Source: a virus
Lineage: Duplodnaviria; Caudoviricetes
Length of the DNA stretch: 61,896 nt
Reading direction: 5' to 3' (one strand)
IMG/VR virus record: IMGVR_UViG_3300030103_002748
Coordinates: 1-61,896 of that record
Position 1 is the stretch's first letter. Each line of letters begins with the position of its first letter. Positions 1 to 9,141 of this stretch are shown here, piece after piece. A program made the position numbers and the translations under genes. The notes beneath the pieces were generated by a model, which saw nothing but the letters and a program-made list of their open reading frames with translations, searched no databases and was not told where the DNA came from.

Positions 1-49
1 TGCTTTCTCTGTTTACCCCTGATTTAAACTGTAATTTTCTAACTGCCAT
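1..49 (-). CDS. 5' end (truncated) of a tail tubular/stabilisation protein, allele of 53425..55350
   Basis: Manual translation MAVRKLQFKSGVNRES vs MPLTKLQFRPGVNRET (10/16 identical); purine-rich RBS just upstream; not in ORF track. Confidence 0.75.
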   Translation of the reverse strand, partial: MAVRKLQFKSGVNRES

Positions 50-56
50 CTCGCCC

Positions 57-482
57 TCACTCTGCGTATTCACCGCTAGAGATCATGTCAGTCAACTCCA
101 AAGCACGCCCACCCACTTGTTTAGCCCACTTAGAATCAAGGAACTCAGTAGCTGCTACCTTATATTCTCCTTCTTCCATAGCAGTCAAAGCGCGTTTGAA
201 AAGTCGCAAACGTGTTGCACCTAGGTTAAAAGATATATCAACCATAGCGTCTCTACGAACATCGTCAAGATCGCTAAACCAAGAATATTCGGCAGCAAGC
301 TCTTTCATAACCCGCTCTATATCATTCTGTAGCAGGTAATCAACCTCGTCATCAGACAGCCCTATGCCGCCTTCTTGGTCTATGTTACGACCAACACCTA
401 CAGTAACTTTTCCTTCAGAGCATTCATAAGCATGTGTCTCCACACCCTCATGTCTCCTTAGCATTGCAATTAGTTTTTCCAT
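57..482 (-). CDS. Endolysin, phage lysozyme (GH24/T4-lysozyme-like)
   Basis: HEG...AY.C..G..T.GVGRN catalytic-region motif, FNLG, DSKWAKQVG.RA; paralog of 17871..18311. Confidence 0.9.
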   Translation of the reverse strand: MEKLIAMLRRHEGVETHAYECSEGKVTVGVGRNIDQEGGIGLSDDEVDYLLQNDIERVMKELAAEYSWFSDLDDVRRDAMVDISFNLGATRLRLFKRALTAMEEGEYKVAATEFLDSKWAKQVGGRALELTDMISSGEYAE

Positions 483-955
483 TACTGGCCTCTGTTATTG
501 CTGCTACCAAAAAAGAAAGCACTAATACCGCTAATAAGCCCACCAAGGTAGCCCAATATGATGTTGGCTAGAGCGTCATCTACTGCTTCAGCGCGAAAGG
601 TAACTAGGAATATATACGCCAGAAAGCCCATCAAGCTGATAATTGCAAATATCTTAGGTGTAGGGTCTTCACCAAAAATCTCTCTTGCCGCTTGTCTGTC
701 CTGAACTTCTACCTTGAAATTCTCAAGGTCTATCTTGCGCTCTTCCAAAGTTCTTGCAAACTCTAGCTCTGCCTCTTGTAATGCGCTGATGGAGTCTGGA
801 TGTTCTTCAATGTATTTTTCTAGCTTGGCAGGATCAGTGGTGTTGCTTACTCCAAGTTTATCTGCCACTAGCTTAACCGCCATACCGCCCATAGGCCCAC
901 CAATGGCTTTGCCCACGGTAGGTGCTAGTGTCGATAACAGTCCTTTTAACTTCAT
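482..955 (-). CDS. Putative holin-like membrane protein
   Basis: N-terminal APT...GGP.GG amphipathic segment, DRQAAR, two C-terminal TM helices ending FFFGSS; directly upstream of lysozyme. Confidence 0.65.
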   Translation of the reverse strand: MKLKGLLSTLAPTVGKAIGGPMGGMAVKLVADKLGVSNTTDPAKLEKYIEEHPDSISALQEAELEFARTLEERKIDLENFKVEVQDRQAAREIFGEDPTPKIFAIISLMGFLAYIFLVTFRAEAVDDALANIILGYLGGLISGISAFFFGSSNNRGQ

Positions 956-1857
956 ACTTCCACCATAAAAGTGCTTTTGGGCGGGTTTTCTACCCTGTCT
1001 CTTGGGTATGGGGCAATGCCCAAGTGATCAATTATTATGCCGAAGCTCTCTATCTTTTGAGCAACTTCGTTTATATTCTGTTTTGCGTAAGCTGCTGTGC
1101 CAACATTGTCAAACCACATGTTGAATCTGCCGTGGTTGTCAACGACCCGACCTTGTAACCAAATATGATCCCGATCACCAATGTCAGCATCAATATTAAT
1201 TTCCCAGTCCTCATCATTGCCAAGTAGCTGCTCGAATCCCATCCATTCTTCTTCACCGCTGTTGATTTCCCCGTCAGTAAAGTCCACATAGGTTTCACCC
1301 AGCTTAACATCTTCAAGCTCTCTGGCTTCGGGCGCATCCCACGCCCAAGAGTTTATTTCGGTATCGTATTTGTTAATCTCCACCTCAACAGGTGGCAAAT
1401 CAGCAAACAGATCAAGCTCTCCAAATACCGAACTCTCTCCTCCTTCTATCGCTGCTTTAAGATCAGTAAGCAGCTTTTCTACATCCGCATTGTTGTCTAG
1501 CTTGGCAGATGTATTTTCAAATACTGTGTCTAGCTTTGACTGTCTTGTTGGCTCTTGGCCCTCAGTCTGCGGTCCTTGCTTGACCTCTGTGTCAGCAGGA
1601 GTCTCTGCTGATCTAACCCTGACGTTTACATCTTCGCCTGAGACTTGAGCAAAGCTACCAACTAAATTTACTTCGCCGTTCTCAGTGCTTATGGTTACTG
1701 AGTTACCGTCTTCAGATACTGACCCTTTAACGGTCTGTCCTTCTGGTAGATCAAGCTCTTTTACTGCATCAGAAGATAAGGTAACCGTTAGACTTTGAGT
1801 GGTATCTACCTGCGCTGCGTTGTAATTCGCAATCGGGTTATCAGGCGATATGATCAT
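952..1857 (-). CDS. Acidic protein with FliK (flagellar hook-length control) C-terminal-like domain
   Basis: C-terminal WEINIDADIG..HIWLQGRVVDNHGRFNMWFDNVGTAAYAKQNINEVAQKIESFGIIIDHL resembles the Flg_hook fold pattern; N-terminal L..GQTVKGSV; by eye only. Confidence 0.55.
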   Translation of the reverse strand: MIISPDNPIANYNAAQVDTTQSLTVTLSSDAVKELDLPEGQTVKGSVSEDGNSVTISTENGEVNLVGSFAQVSGEDVNVRVRSAETPADTEVKQGPQTEGQEPTRQSKLDTVFENTSAKLDNNADVEKLLTDLKAAIEGGESSVFGELDLFADLPPVEVEINKYDTEINSWAWDAPEARELEDVKLGETYVDFTDGEINSGEEEWMGFEQLLGNDEDWEINIDADIGDRDHIWLQGRVVDNHGRFNMWFDNVGTAAYAKQNINEVAQKIESFGIIIDHLGIAPYPRDRVENPPKSTFMVEV

Positions 1858-1895
1858 CCATTACAGAGTCAACAAATAGATTCTCGTAAGAGCGT

Positions 1896-2132
1896 CTATG
1901 TTTCTGATGACTTTCCCTCAGTATCCTCCTCGACGATCTCGTCAATACTTTCGCATACATCGGGTACAGCTATGCCTGTAGTTACTTCAGTAGCCACACG
2001 GCCCACAGCACGGATGCCTTTATAGACACCAGAGCAGTACAAGTCTTTGTTAGCAATCATGTCCTCAGAGATGGTGCATCCAGACATTATGGATAAACTA
2101 ATCAGCACTGGGAAAATCAATTTCATCTTCAA
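1896..2132 (-). CDS. Small lipoprotein of the lysis cassette
   Basis: Signal peptide with lipobox-like IMSG-C; two further Cys conserved with paralog 18781..18996. Confidence 0.7.
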   Translation of the reverse strand: MKMKLIFPVLISLSIMSGCTISEDMIANKDLYCSGVYKGIRAVGRVATEVTTGIAVPDVCESIDEIVEEDTEGKSSET

Positions 2133-2868
2133 TCCTTTTTAACTCTCTCATTTCGCCTTTGGTTAAAGGAACAACCTTCTTAGCTTCTTGCTCCTGCTCT
2201 TCGAGAAACTCCTTCAGTCTTTCTTTGTATCCTTCCATCATGTGATCGGTTATTCGATCTCTTAGACCGCCTCTGTCAGCAGCCCTTACGTCTTTGCTTG
2301 GGTCTATATAGTCAGGACCGTTATTGCTGAAGTACAACATAGTCTGTGAGCTTGACGGTCCGTAGCACAAACGCGGTATTCTGGCGACCATATCACTTCC
2401 CTGAACACAGGATATCTGGTTGTCCAGCGTCATTGGCTTTTTAAATCCTTTGAAGAACACATTAGGCTTGCCAAAGGTAACCAGATTAATGTTGTCGTGC
2501 TTGCCGTTCAACATAGATGCAGACAGTTCTGCCAATGCTCCCCCAAGACTATGACCGCAAATTAACGTGCGCTTTTTCGGGTCTATATGTTCTTTTATCT
2601 TCTTCCATACAGACTTGTGAGCAAGGGCAAAACCACCGTGGCATAACCTTCCCGCATAGGGTACTGGTATGACGTTTAAGTCCGTCAGAATGTCCAGCTT
2701 CTGCTTTGTTCCTCTGAAGGCAATAACATCTACGGACTTACGCTTTACTACAAATGCTGTAGTTGATGTCCATTTGCTATTTATTTTTATAGCATCTTTG
2801 TTATTTACAGCATACGCCTTCATAGACCACGAACAGGCCATATTGAGAAGGACAGGATCAAGTTTCAT
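2098..2868 (-). CDS. Class 3 lipase (alpha/beta hydrolase)
   Basis: IAFRGT, CHGGF, GHSLGG nucleophile elbow, TFGKP, D.V.RIP, DH.M..Y. Confidence 0.9.
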   Translation of the reverse strand: MKLDPVLLNMACSWSMKAYAVNNKDAIKINSKWTSTTAFVVKRKSVDVIAFRGTKQKLDILTDLNVIPVPYAGRLCHGGFALAHKSVWKKIKEHIDPKKRTLICGHSLGGALAELSASMLNGKHDNINLVTFGKPNVFFKGFKKPMTLDNQISCVQGSDMVARIPRLCYGPSSSQTMLYFSNNGPDYIDPSKDVRAADRGGLRDRITDHMMEGYKERLKEFLEEQEQEAKKVVPLTKGEMRELKRIEDEIDFPSAD

Positions 2869-3092
2869 TTATCAGCCTTGTTTTCTAGTCGCTTGAAAAT
2901 CGCACCCAGCATCTCTTTGATCTCGCGGATGTCTTCACGGTAATCGTCTTTGGCAACATACTTCTCAGCGATCTGCTTCATTTCTAAATCTACACGATCC
3001 AGCAAAGTGTAGATGCGGTTGTACGCCCACGCTGCCAGAAAGCCGCCGATCAGGATAATTACATCAAAGACTATTTGACCAGTAAGCTCCAT
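2865..3092 (-). CDS. Small single-TM protein with coiled coil (lysis-associated)
   Basis: N-terminal TM helix followed by YVAKDDY...I..IF..LE.KADK. Confidence 0.6.
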   Translation of the reverse strand: MELTGQIVFDVIILIGGFLAAWAYNRIYTLLDRVDLEMKQIAEKYVAKDDYREDIREIKEMLGAIFKRLENKADK

Positions 3093-3352
3093 TACTCAGA
3101 CTCTTCTCTTGGGTCTACCCAATCTTCTACTGCCGTGAACGTGCCGTCAGACGCACATGTATATTTACACCCGTACCAATCTTCAGGCTCAGTAACTCCC
3201 TCGATAAGAGTGGCGTTGCCGCTGTTGAGATCACCAATGATAAACTCAGCAGGATCGCCAACAGTAATTGTGTCGCTTCCCATCGTGACTGACTTGTCAT
3301 CAGCAAAGAGATACCGTGATGTGTTCGTTGCATTGTCTACAATAGTCTTCAT
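3092..3352 (-). CDS. Fibre-associated small protein (allele A)
   Basis: Directly downstream of scaffold trio; 82/86 aa identical to 58577..58837. Confidence 0.8.
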   Translation of the reverse strand: MKTIVDNATNTSRYLFADDKSVTMGSDTITVGDPAEFIIGDLNSGNATLIEGVTEPEDWYGCKYTCASDGTFTAVEDWVDPREESE

Positions 3353-3355
3353 GTC

Positions 3356-4810
3356 TTAACCTTTAAGTAAAAGTGTTGTTGCAGCCAAAGCCTTACCAGC
3401 GGTCACACTGGTAGAACCTGTTCCGAGACTGCCATCTGTTTGAACGTAATATGTAGTTCCGGGTGTTAAAGTCAAACCCAGACTTGCGTTAGTAATCACC
3501 CCGCCCTCGACCACCACTTCGCCTGATGCAGAGTTGTTGATAGCTTGGTTGGTGATGCCTACGAAGTCGGCGAAGTTGGTTGATCCGACCTGAAGAACCA
3601 CTGAAGTCCCGTAATTGCTATTACCACCGTCTTCAAAGCCAATTACTACTTTGTCTGAATTGGTGTCATAAGCAGCAGTGCATCTTTCTGACGTTGCTGC
3701 GGCAAACACAACAGGCGTTTCGTAAGTAATCGACGTACCACTCACAGTGCCAACGGCATAGGTTCCGTAATTGCTGTTGCCTTTATCCATATACACCACA
3801 ACCGCTTTCCCTGCGTCTGGGTCAAACGTCATTCCAACTTCTTGTATGCCGCCACTCTCAAATTCCACTTCAGAGCCATAGGATATAGACGTACCGCTGA
3901 CCGTCCCAACGAGTGACTTACCTTTTTCTGAATCAGCAGTATCTTCATACGCAATAACCACTTTGTTATTAGTGGTGTCAAATGCACACACTGAATTGGC
4001 AGTGCCAGCGGCATGAAATACAACAGCAGTTCCAAATGAAATAGAAGTGCCACTCACAGTGCCAACTATAGCTGTACCGTGACTTGAATTTCCTACATCA
4101 GTATATACCACTACTGTTTTATTGCTTGATGTGTCAAAGCAAGACGATTGTTGATATAAACTTGATTGAGCAGACTCAAAAACAACTGGAGACCCGTATG
4201 AAATAGAAGTGCCACTTACAGTGCCTACTGCGGCTGTACCATAGTTGCTATTGGATGTGTCTTTGTAAAACGTAACTACTTTATTTGAATTGCTGTCAAA
4301 TGTCGTGCTGGTATCTGATGCAACATTTGTGGTGATGGTCGCCTCAGAACCGAAACTAATACTGGTTCCGCTTACAGTGCCAACTATTGAGTTAGTTTTA
4401 TTGCTGTCTCCGACATCTTTATAAACAATGACTATTTTATTTGCATTGCTATCGTAAGTACCAGAGATTTGATACGTTGTGGCAGCATTAAATGTCACAG
4501 CCGTACCAAAGCTAATGCTTGTACCGCTCACAGTGCCTACGATAGCTTTACCGTGATTTGAATCTCCAGAATCAGTATAGACAATGACTACCTTGTTATT
4601 TGAGGAGTCATAAATAGGCAGAATGTGATAAGACTGTGCGGTTTCAAAAACTACTTCTGAACCTGTGCTTTCTGCTTGTCCAGAAATTTCAGACACCGTA
4701 CCGTTGGCATTCAGAACTACAGCCTGTCCTGTAGCCAGATTACCACTAGCCGTGGCCGTTATAACTTTTGCGCCAGCACCCGCTGGAAGTAGATCGCTTA
4801 GATTGCTCAT
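3356..4810 (-). CDS. Receptor-binding/fibre-tip protein, slot 3, scaffold plus one 7-repeat domain
   Basis: MSNLSDLLPAG N-terminus, seven ~52-aa [F/Y]DxxxxKVV...GTVSGTSIS repeats, C-terminus TTLLLKG. Confidence 0.75.
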   Translation of the reverse strand: MSNLSDLLPAGAGAKVITATASGNLATGQAVVLNANGTVSEISGQAESTGSEVVFETAQSYHILPIYDSSNNKVVIVYTDSGDSNHGKAIVGTVSGTSISFGTAVTFNAATTYQISGTYDSNANKIVIVYKDVGDSNKTNSIVGTVSGTSISFGSEATITTNVASDTSTTFDSNSNKVVTFYKDTSNSNYGTAAVGTVSGTSISYGSPVVFESAQSSLYQQSSCFDTSSNKTVVVYTDVGNSSHGTAIVGTVSGTSISFGTAVVFHAAGTANSVCAFDTTNNKVVIAYEDTADSEKGKSLVGTVSGTSISYGSEVEFESGGIQEVGMTFDPDAGKAVVVYMDKGNSNYGTYAVGTVSGTSITYETPVVFAAATSERCTAAYDTNSDKVVIGFEDGGNSNYGTSVVLQVGSTNFADFVGITNQAINNSASGEVVVEGGVITNASLGLTLTPGTTYYVQTDGSLGTGSTSVTAGKALAATTLLLKG

Positions 4811-6285
4811 GTGCTGTAATCCAAATTAATGCTTGTGGCTGACATTGCTTTGCCAGCTTCTACGCTAGGGCTTGCCGCGGATGTCGCTAATGTCCCGTCC
4901 CTTTGAACATAATAGGTTGATCCCGGAGTCAAACTGCTCAGACCGTTGGAGGCAATCCCGCCTTTCATCGTTACGTTTCCGCTTGCTGCGTTAGATATAG
5001 CTTCGTCCGCTATACCTAGGAAGTTAGTGGCAGTGAGGTTTGTACTATCGTAGGCAACTTGGAATACAACCGCTGTTCCATAGTAGGAGTTATCAACATC
5101 TCGGTAGGTAATAACCACTTTATTCAAATTAGAATCAAATGTTGACCCAATAAATTGAACGTGAGCAGACTCATACACAACTTCTGACCCAAACGAAATA
5201 CTGGTTCCTGATACAGTACCAACAATAAGAGTTCCATAAAGAGAGTTACCAGCATCTCTGTACGAAAAAACAACTTTATCTGCGGTGGAGTCAAATGTAG
5301 ATGAGATATAATTTGCACCAGCAGCTTGAATCTGCACAGAGCTACCGAACGATATAGAGGTTCCACTCACTGTTCCTACAACTGCGTATGAATAGCCATT
5401 CGCTGACTGATTATAACCAATAGCAACTTTGTTATTACTGGAATCAAATGTTGCTGTTATGTAAGTAGTAAGCGCATTAGTATCAAATGTTCCTGCTGAG
5501 CCGTAAGATATGCTCGTACCACTAACAGTGCCTACGATTGCTTTACCTTGGTTATCGCCAGAGTCTTTATAAGCAATAACAACTTTATTTGAGTTTGAAT
5601 CAAATGTTGCAGCCTGATCTGAAGTGTTTTCACTGTTGTATGCGGCTTTAGTCCCGAACGATATGCTTGTCCCGCTTACCGTCCCTACTATGGCAGTGCC
5701 ATAACCACCAGACGCACCGGACGCATCTCTAAAAACAACAACTACCTTATTGTTAGATGAATCAAATACGGTTGATATGTAGTCAGCACTTGACGCCCTA
5801 AACACCACTTCACTACCAAACGAGATTGATGTTCCACTAACTGTGCCTACTATTGCCGTGCCGTGAGATGAGTTCCCTCCATCTGTATAAGCAATCACAA
5901 CTTTGTTATTAGATGAGTCGAATGTCGCAGATGTATACGATGTAGAACCAGAATTAAAAACAACAGGCGTACCAAATGTTATTGAATTATCACTTGCTGG
6001 CGTTCCTACTACTGCGGTTCCGTAGCTTGAGTTGCTATTATCACAATACGCTATAACAACTTTGTTGTTAGACGAGTCAAATGTTGGTGAACTATATGGA
6101 GCACTTCCAGACTCAAATACTGTTGGTGAACCAATACCTTGATCGGCAGATTCTCCTGCCACCTGTGTAACCGTACCATTAGCGTTCAAGATGACAGGTT
6201 TACCCTGTGCAATTGTTCCACTCGCAGTAAATTCAAGCTGCTTACTCGCCGCACCTGCTGGTAAAAGATCGCTTAGATTTGTCAT
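4807..6285 (-). CDS. Receptor-binding/fibre-tip protein, slot 2, scaffold plus one 7-repeat domain
   Basis: MTNLSDLLPAGAASKQL N-terminus, seven FDSxxxKV repeats, C-terminus SINLDYST; ATGA overlaps with both neighbours. Confidence 0.75.
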   Translation of the reverse strand: MTNLSDLLPAGAASKQLEFTASGTIAQGKPVILNANGTVTQVAGESADQGIGSPTVFESGSAPYSSPTFDSSNNKVVIAYCDNSNSSYGTAVVGTPASDNSITFGTPVVFNSGSTSYTSATFDSSNNKVVIAYTDGGNSSHGTAIVGTVSGTSISFGSEVVFRASSADYISTVFDSSNNKVVVVFRDASGASGGYGTAIVGTVSGTSISFGTKAAYNSENTSDQAATFDSNSNKVVIAYKDSGDNQGKAIVGTVSGTSISYGSAGTFDTNALTTYITATFDSSNNKVAIGYNQSANGYSYAVVGTVSGTSISFGSSVQIQAAGANYISSTFDSTADKVVFSYRDAGNSLYGTLIVGTVSGTSISFGSEVVYESAHVQFIGSTFDSNLNKVVITYRDVDNSYYGTAVVFQVAYDSTNLTATNFLGIADEAISNAASGNVTMKGGIASNGLSSLTPGSTYYVQRDGTLATSAASPSVEAGKAMSATSINLDYST

Positions 6286-6647
6286 GCGAAATCCATCATG
6301 TTGATTGTTGTGGCAGTGACAGCCTGTCCTATCTTCACCGCTGGGCTTGTGCTGGTAGTAGAGACACTGCCATCGCTTTGGGCGTAGTAGTCAGAGCCAA
6401 TAGTCAACGAGGACTGCTTGCTGTTGATGCTGCCCTTGACGTTGATCTTGCCTGTTGCAGTATCTGATATAGCCGCATCTGCTAAACCTATAAACCTAGC
6501 TAAATTACCGTTGGCAGAAGTTATTTTTTTAACCTTGCCGTTAGTTTCTAAACTGACAGGATCACCAGCAGAAATCGCTCCATCTGCCGTGAAACTAACA
6601 ATGTTCTGCCCACCACCGCTGGGCAGCAGATCAGAAAGATTACTCAT
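6282..6647 (-). CDS. Fibre-tip protein, slot 1, scaffold only
   Basis: MSNLSDLLPSG N-terminus; same scaffold as slots 2 and 3 with no insert; pattern resembles DUF2190/capsid-cement-type small beta domains. Confidence 0.7.
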   Translation of the reverse strand: MSNLSDLLPSGGGQNIVSFTADGAISAGDPVSLETNGKVKKITSANGNLARFIGLADAAISDTATGKINVKGSINSKQSSLTIGSDYYAQSDGSVSTTSTSPAVKIGQAVTATTINMMDFA

Positions 6648-7781
6648 TTACACGCTCCAGCCTATAGTGCCGTTGATGTACACCAACGTAATCTCAGCGA
6701 AGTTCTTGTCGAACGTAAGATCACTTGCGCTTGACGCTATGTTGCTTGAGTTGCGACCTACGGTAAAACTTGTAGTTTCTGCTGCACCCGTACCGTCTTT
6801 AATAGTGACGTAATCACCTGCACTGGGACTAGCGGGTAGCGTAATAGTAATCGACCCCGCACTCGCTACAATAAATTCACCGACAGTAGCAGTATAGTTA
6901 CCGCTTTTCAGTTGTGGCGCAGAATACTCAGTAACTGTAGCGAAAGCTAGTTTGCCGGAACCATTAGATGCTTTTACAAACTGACCTGTACTACCTACAG
7001 CATCAGGTAGTTCTAAAGAATAGGTCGCTCCTGCGGAGTGTGGTGGGCCTTTTAGCGTTACACCGTGACTGTTGCTTTCACAGTTGAAGCGAATAGCACC
7101 TGCGTTGGTGTTACCGTAAAGCTCGGTAAAACCTGTGCCGTTTGGAAAGAGCTGTATGTTGCCATTAGTATTTGTAGATTTGACCGCATTTGCGTCTATC
7201 TGAATATTATCTACATCAAGCTCATTAGCGACTATCTGACCTGCGGAGCCATATATAACAGCCTTTGAATTAACTACGGTATCAGCAGCCGATCCATCTA
7301 CTAGGTTTAGTTCTGATGCACTAGATGTGACATCTGTAAGCTGAGTAACAGCGACTTGAGGACTCGCTAGAACCACCGCTGCGCCAGAACCTGCCCCGTC
7401 TAAATACAATAAGGCTGTTTTACCGTTGGCTATAGTGACGTTTGCACCAGAGCCCTGACTAACATTTATTGATTGACTGCCCGAAGTGGCATTTTCAATA
7501 AACATCACGCGAGAAACGGTGTTGGGCGCTATTGTTAACGTCCTGGTTGCCGTTAAGCTAACACCCGAGGTTACTTTAAAATAAAGTGCCCTGGCCGGAT
7601 CGGCAGCGCCATCCGCGACTGTCGTCGTGACATCGGCATCTGAACTAAAAGACGCCTCTGTTTTAAAGCCAAGGGCCTCACCTATAAGCTCTAAATTGGT
7701 ATTTGTGCTGGTTCCCCAGGTTCCGCTTTCGTCACCTGTGGCGATTTCTTTTAATCGTAAGTTGTTTACATAAGTTGCCAT
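6648..7781 (-). CDS. Proximal tail fibre/adaptor protein
   Basis: N-terminal L.L...ATGDESGTWG..TNTNL tail-attachment-type motif; C-terminal TITLPASP..GD.V...D...LVY....GW domain seen in phage fibres. Confidence 0.75.
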   Translation of the reverse strand: MATYVNNLRLKEIATGDESGTWGTSTNTNLELIGEALGFKTEASFSSDADVTTTVADGAADPARALYFKVTSGVSLTATRTLTIAPNTVSRVMFIENATSGSQSINVSQGSGANVTIANGKTALLYLDGAGSGAAVVLASPQVAVTQLTDVTSSASELNLVDGSAADTVVNSKAVIYGSAGQIVANELDVDNIQIDANAVKSTNTNGNIQLFPNGTGFTELYGNTNAGAIRFNCESNSHGVTLKGPPHSAGATYSLELPDAVGSTGQFVKASNGSGKLAFATVTEYSAPQLKSGNYTATVGEFIVASAGSITITLPASPSAGDYVTIKDGTGAAETTSFTVGRNSSNIASSASDLTFDKNFAEITLVYINGTIGWSV

Positions 7782-7793
7782 TGGTACACCTCA

Positions 7794-8699
7794 TTAAGCG
7801 GCTATTTCTACCCAACCTGGGGTTTGTGACGGAGTTTCCTCTGTCCAATTTGGATTTTGATCTGGACCTATTTCACCCCAAACTATGACTCTTCCAACTT
7901 GCCCAGTAGCAAACAACCCCGTAACAGGAGAGGTTGCGTCGGCTTCAATTGTAACTGCTCCTACGCTACCGGTGGCTTGAAGACCTGTTACAGGTACGTC
8001 AAGTTGTAAATCAATCGTTACCGACCCAACCGAGCCGGTTACTGTTAAGCCCGTAACAGCGGTTGACGCTCCTGCGTTAACACTAACACTGCCCACGCTG
8101 CCCGCAGCAGATATGCCCGTGACTGGCGTTAAAACACCGGCATCAACTGTTACACTACCCACAAAGCCGGTTGCGGACAACCCAAGAGAGGCTCCCCAAC
8201 CGCCTTCGCCCCAACTACCTCGGCCCCAACCGTCAAAACGAACGGTTTTATTAAATATGACCTGGGCTGTCGATCCTGTGGCACTAACACCAGTCACACT
8301 AACGTTAGATAAACCTGTGACCGTTACCGATCCAACACCACCAGTGGCACCTATACCAGTCGGGAATACGCCAGTTCCCTCTAAAGTGCCTGCACTGCCA
8401 ACGCCACCAGTAGCGGACAATCCTGTGACTGACAGATTGTTGTTGGAAACCGTTGAAAGTGTTCCAACGCCGCCCGTAGCGGCTATGCCGGTTACTGCAA
8501 CATCTCCCGCAGCTACAGCAGTTACGCTACCAACGCCACCAGTGGCCGATAAGCCGGTTTCCGGGACATTGGCCTCTGCGATAACTGTTACACTACCAAC
8601 AGCACCTGTGGCTAAGGGTAGAGTTTGAGCAGAGCCATATCCGCCTGATCCCCAAGCAACATAACCCCAACCAGCTATAGGGACGGTAACGTCGGCCAT
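7794..8699 (-). CDS. Virion protein of 22-aa Gly/Thr/Val repeats
   Basis: 11 repeats of ATGxVGSVTV-like units at 22-aa period in two blocks, each preceded by a GWG..WG motif. Confidence 0.7.
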   Translation of the reverse strand: MADVTVPIAGWGYVAWGSGGYGSAQTLPLATGAVGSVTVIAEANVPETGLSATGGVGSVTAVAAGDVAVTGIAATGGVGTLSTVSNNNLSVTGLSATGGVGSAGTLEGTGVFPTGIGATGGVGSVTVTGLSNVSVTGVSATGSTAQVIFNKTVRFDGWGRGSWGEGGWGASLGLSATGFVGSVTVDAGVLTPVTGISAAGSVGSVSVNAGASTAVTGLTVTGSVGSVTIDLQLDVPVTGLQATGSVGAVTIEADATSPVTGLFATGQVGRVIVWGEIGPDQNPNWTEETPSQTPGWVEIAA

Positions 8700-8703
8700 G
8701 TCA

Positions 8704-9141
8704 CTATGCGATTCTTATAATCGCACTGCTCGCATCTGCTGTTGGAAAAACAATTGTAAAATCACCCGCCGTGGACGTTTTATCTCCACCAAAATCCAAC
8801 ACCACTACGGATGGATCACCAGATGCGCTGTCATTGTAAATAAGTGCGCCCCTGGCAGTAATCGTTGCAGAGCTAAAAGTTAAATCACTAAAATCAGTAA
8901 GTGCCGTTGTACTGCTTGTAGTGGGAGTAACGTTTGTTAAAGCTGATCCACCTGCACTGTATCCGGTCCCACTTACCTCATTACTAGTCGTATAAGCGGT
9001 GGTAGCTGCCGTAAAACTGGCACTGTTGGTATACAAAGCAAGTTTGAAAGTATTGCCCGAGCTGTTAGTAAAATTATGTGTAGCCGTCATCAATTCTTTT
9101 TTGAAGCTGGTACACATGAAGTTGCCTGAAAAAGCCATCAT
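8704..9141 (-). CDS. Conserved phage structural (tail/fibre) protein
   Basis: FKLALYT...NEVSGTGY.AGG..L...DF.D....A.GALIYN...V.DFG motif; location in tail region. Confidence 0.7.
   Translation of the reverse strand: MMAFSGNFMCTSFKKELMTATHNFTNSSGNTFKLALYTNSASFTAATTAYTTSNEVSGTGYSAGGSALTNVTPTTSSTTALTDFSDLTFSSATITARGALIYNDSASGDPSVVVLDFGGDKTSTAGDFTIVFPTADASSAIIRIA

Noticed and set aside
3092-6400. Diversity-generating retroelement (template/variable repeat pair) to explain near-identical blocks in the fibre genes
   Set aside because: No reverse transcriptase gene; differences are mostly synonymous and not adenine-specific; both copies are coding
1-6400. Exact direct terminal repeat
   Set aside because: The ends are homologous but clearly divergent and carry different gene sets
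8113-8628. Long plus-strand ORFs opposite structural genes (e.g. 8113..8628, 15432..16031, 24607..25179, 27235..27810)
   Set aside because: Antisense shadows of well-supported minus-strand genes; no RBS or recognisable motifs
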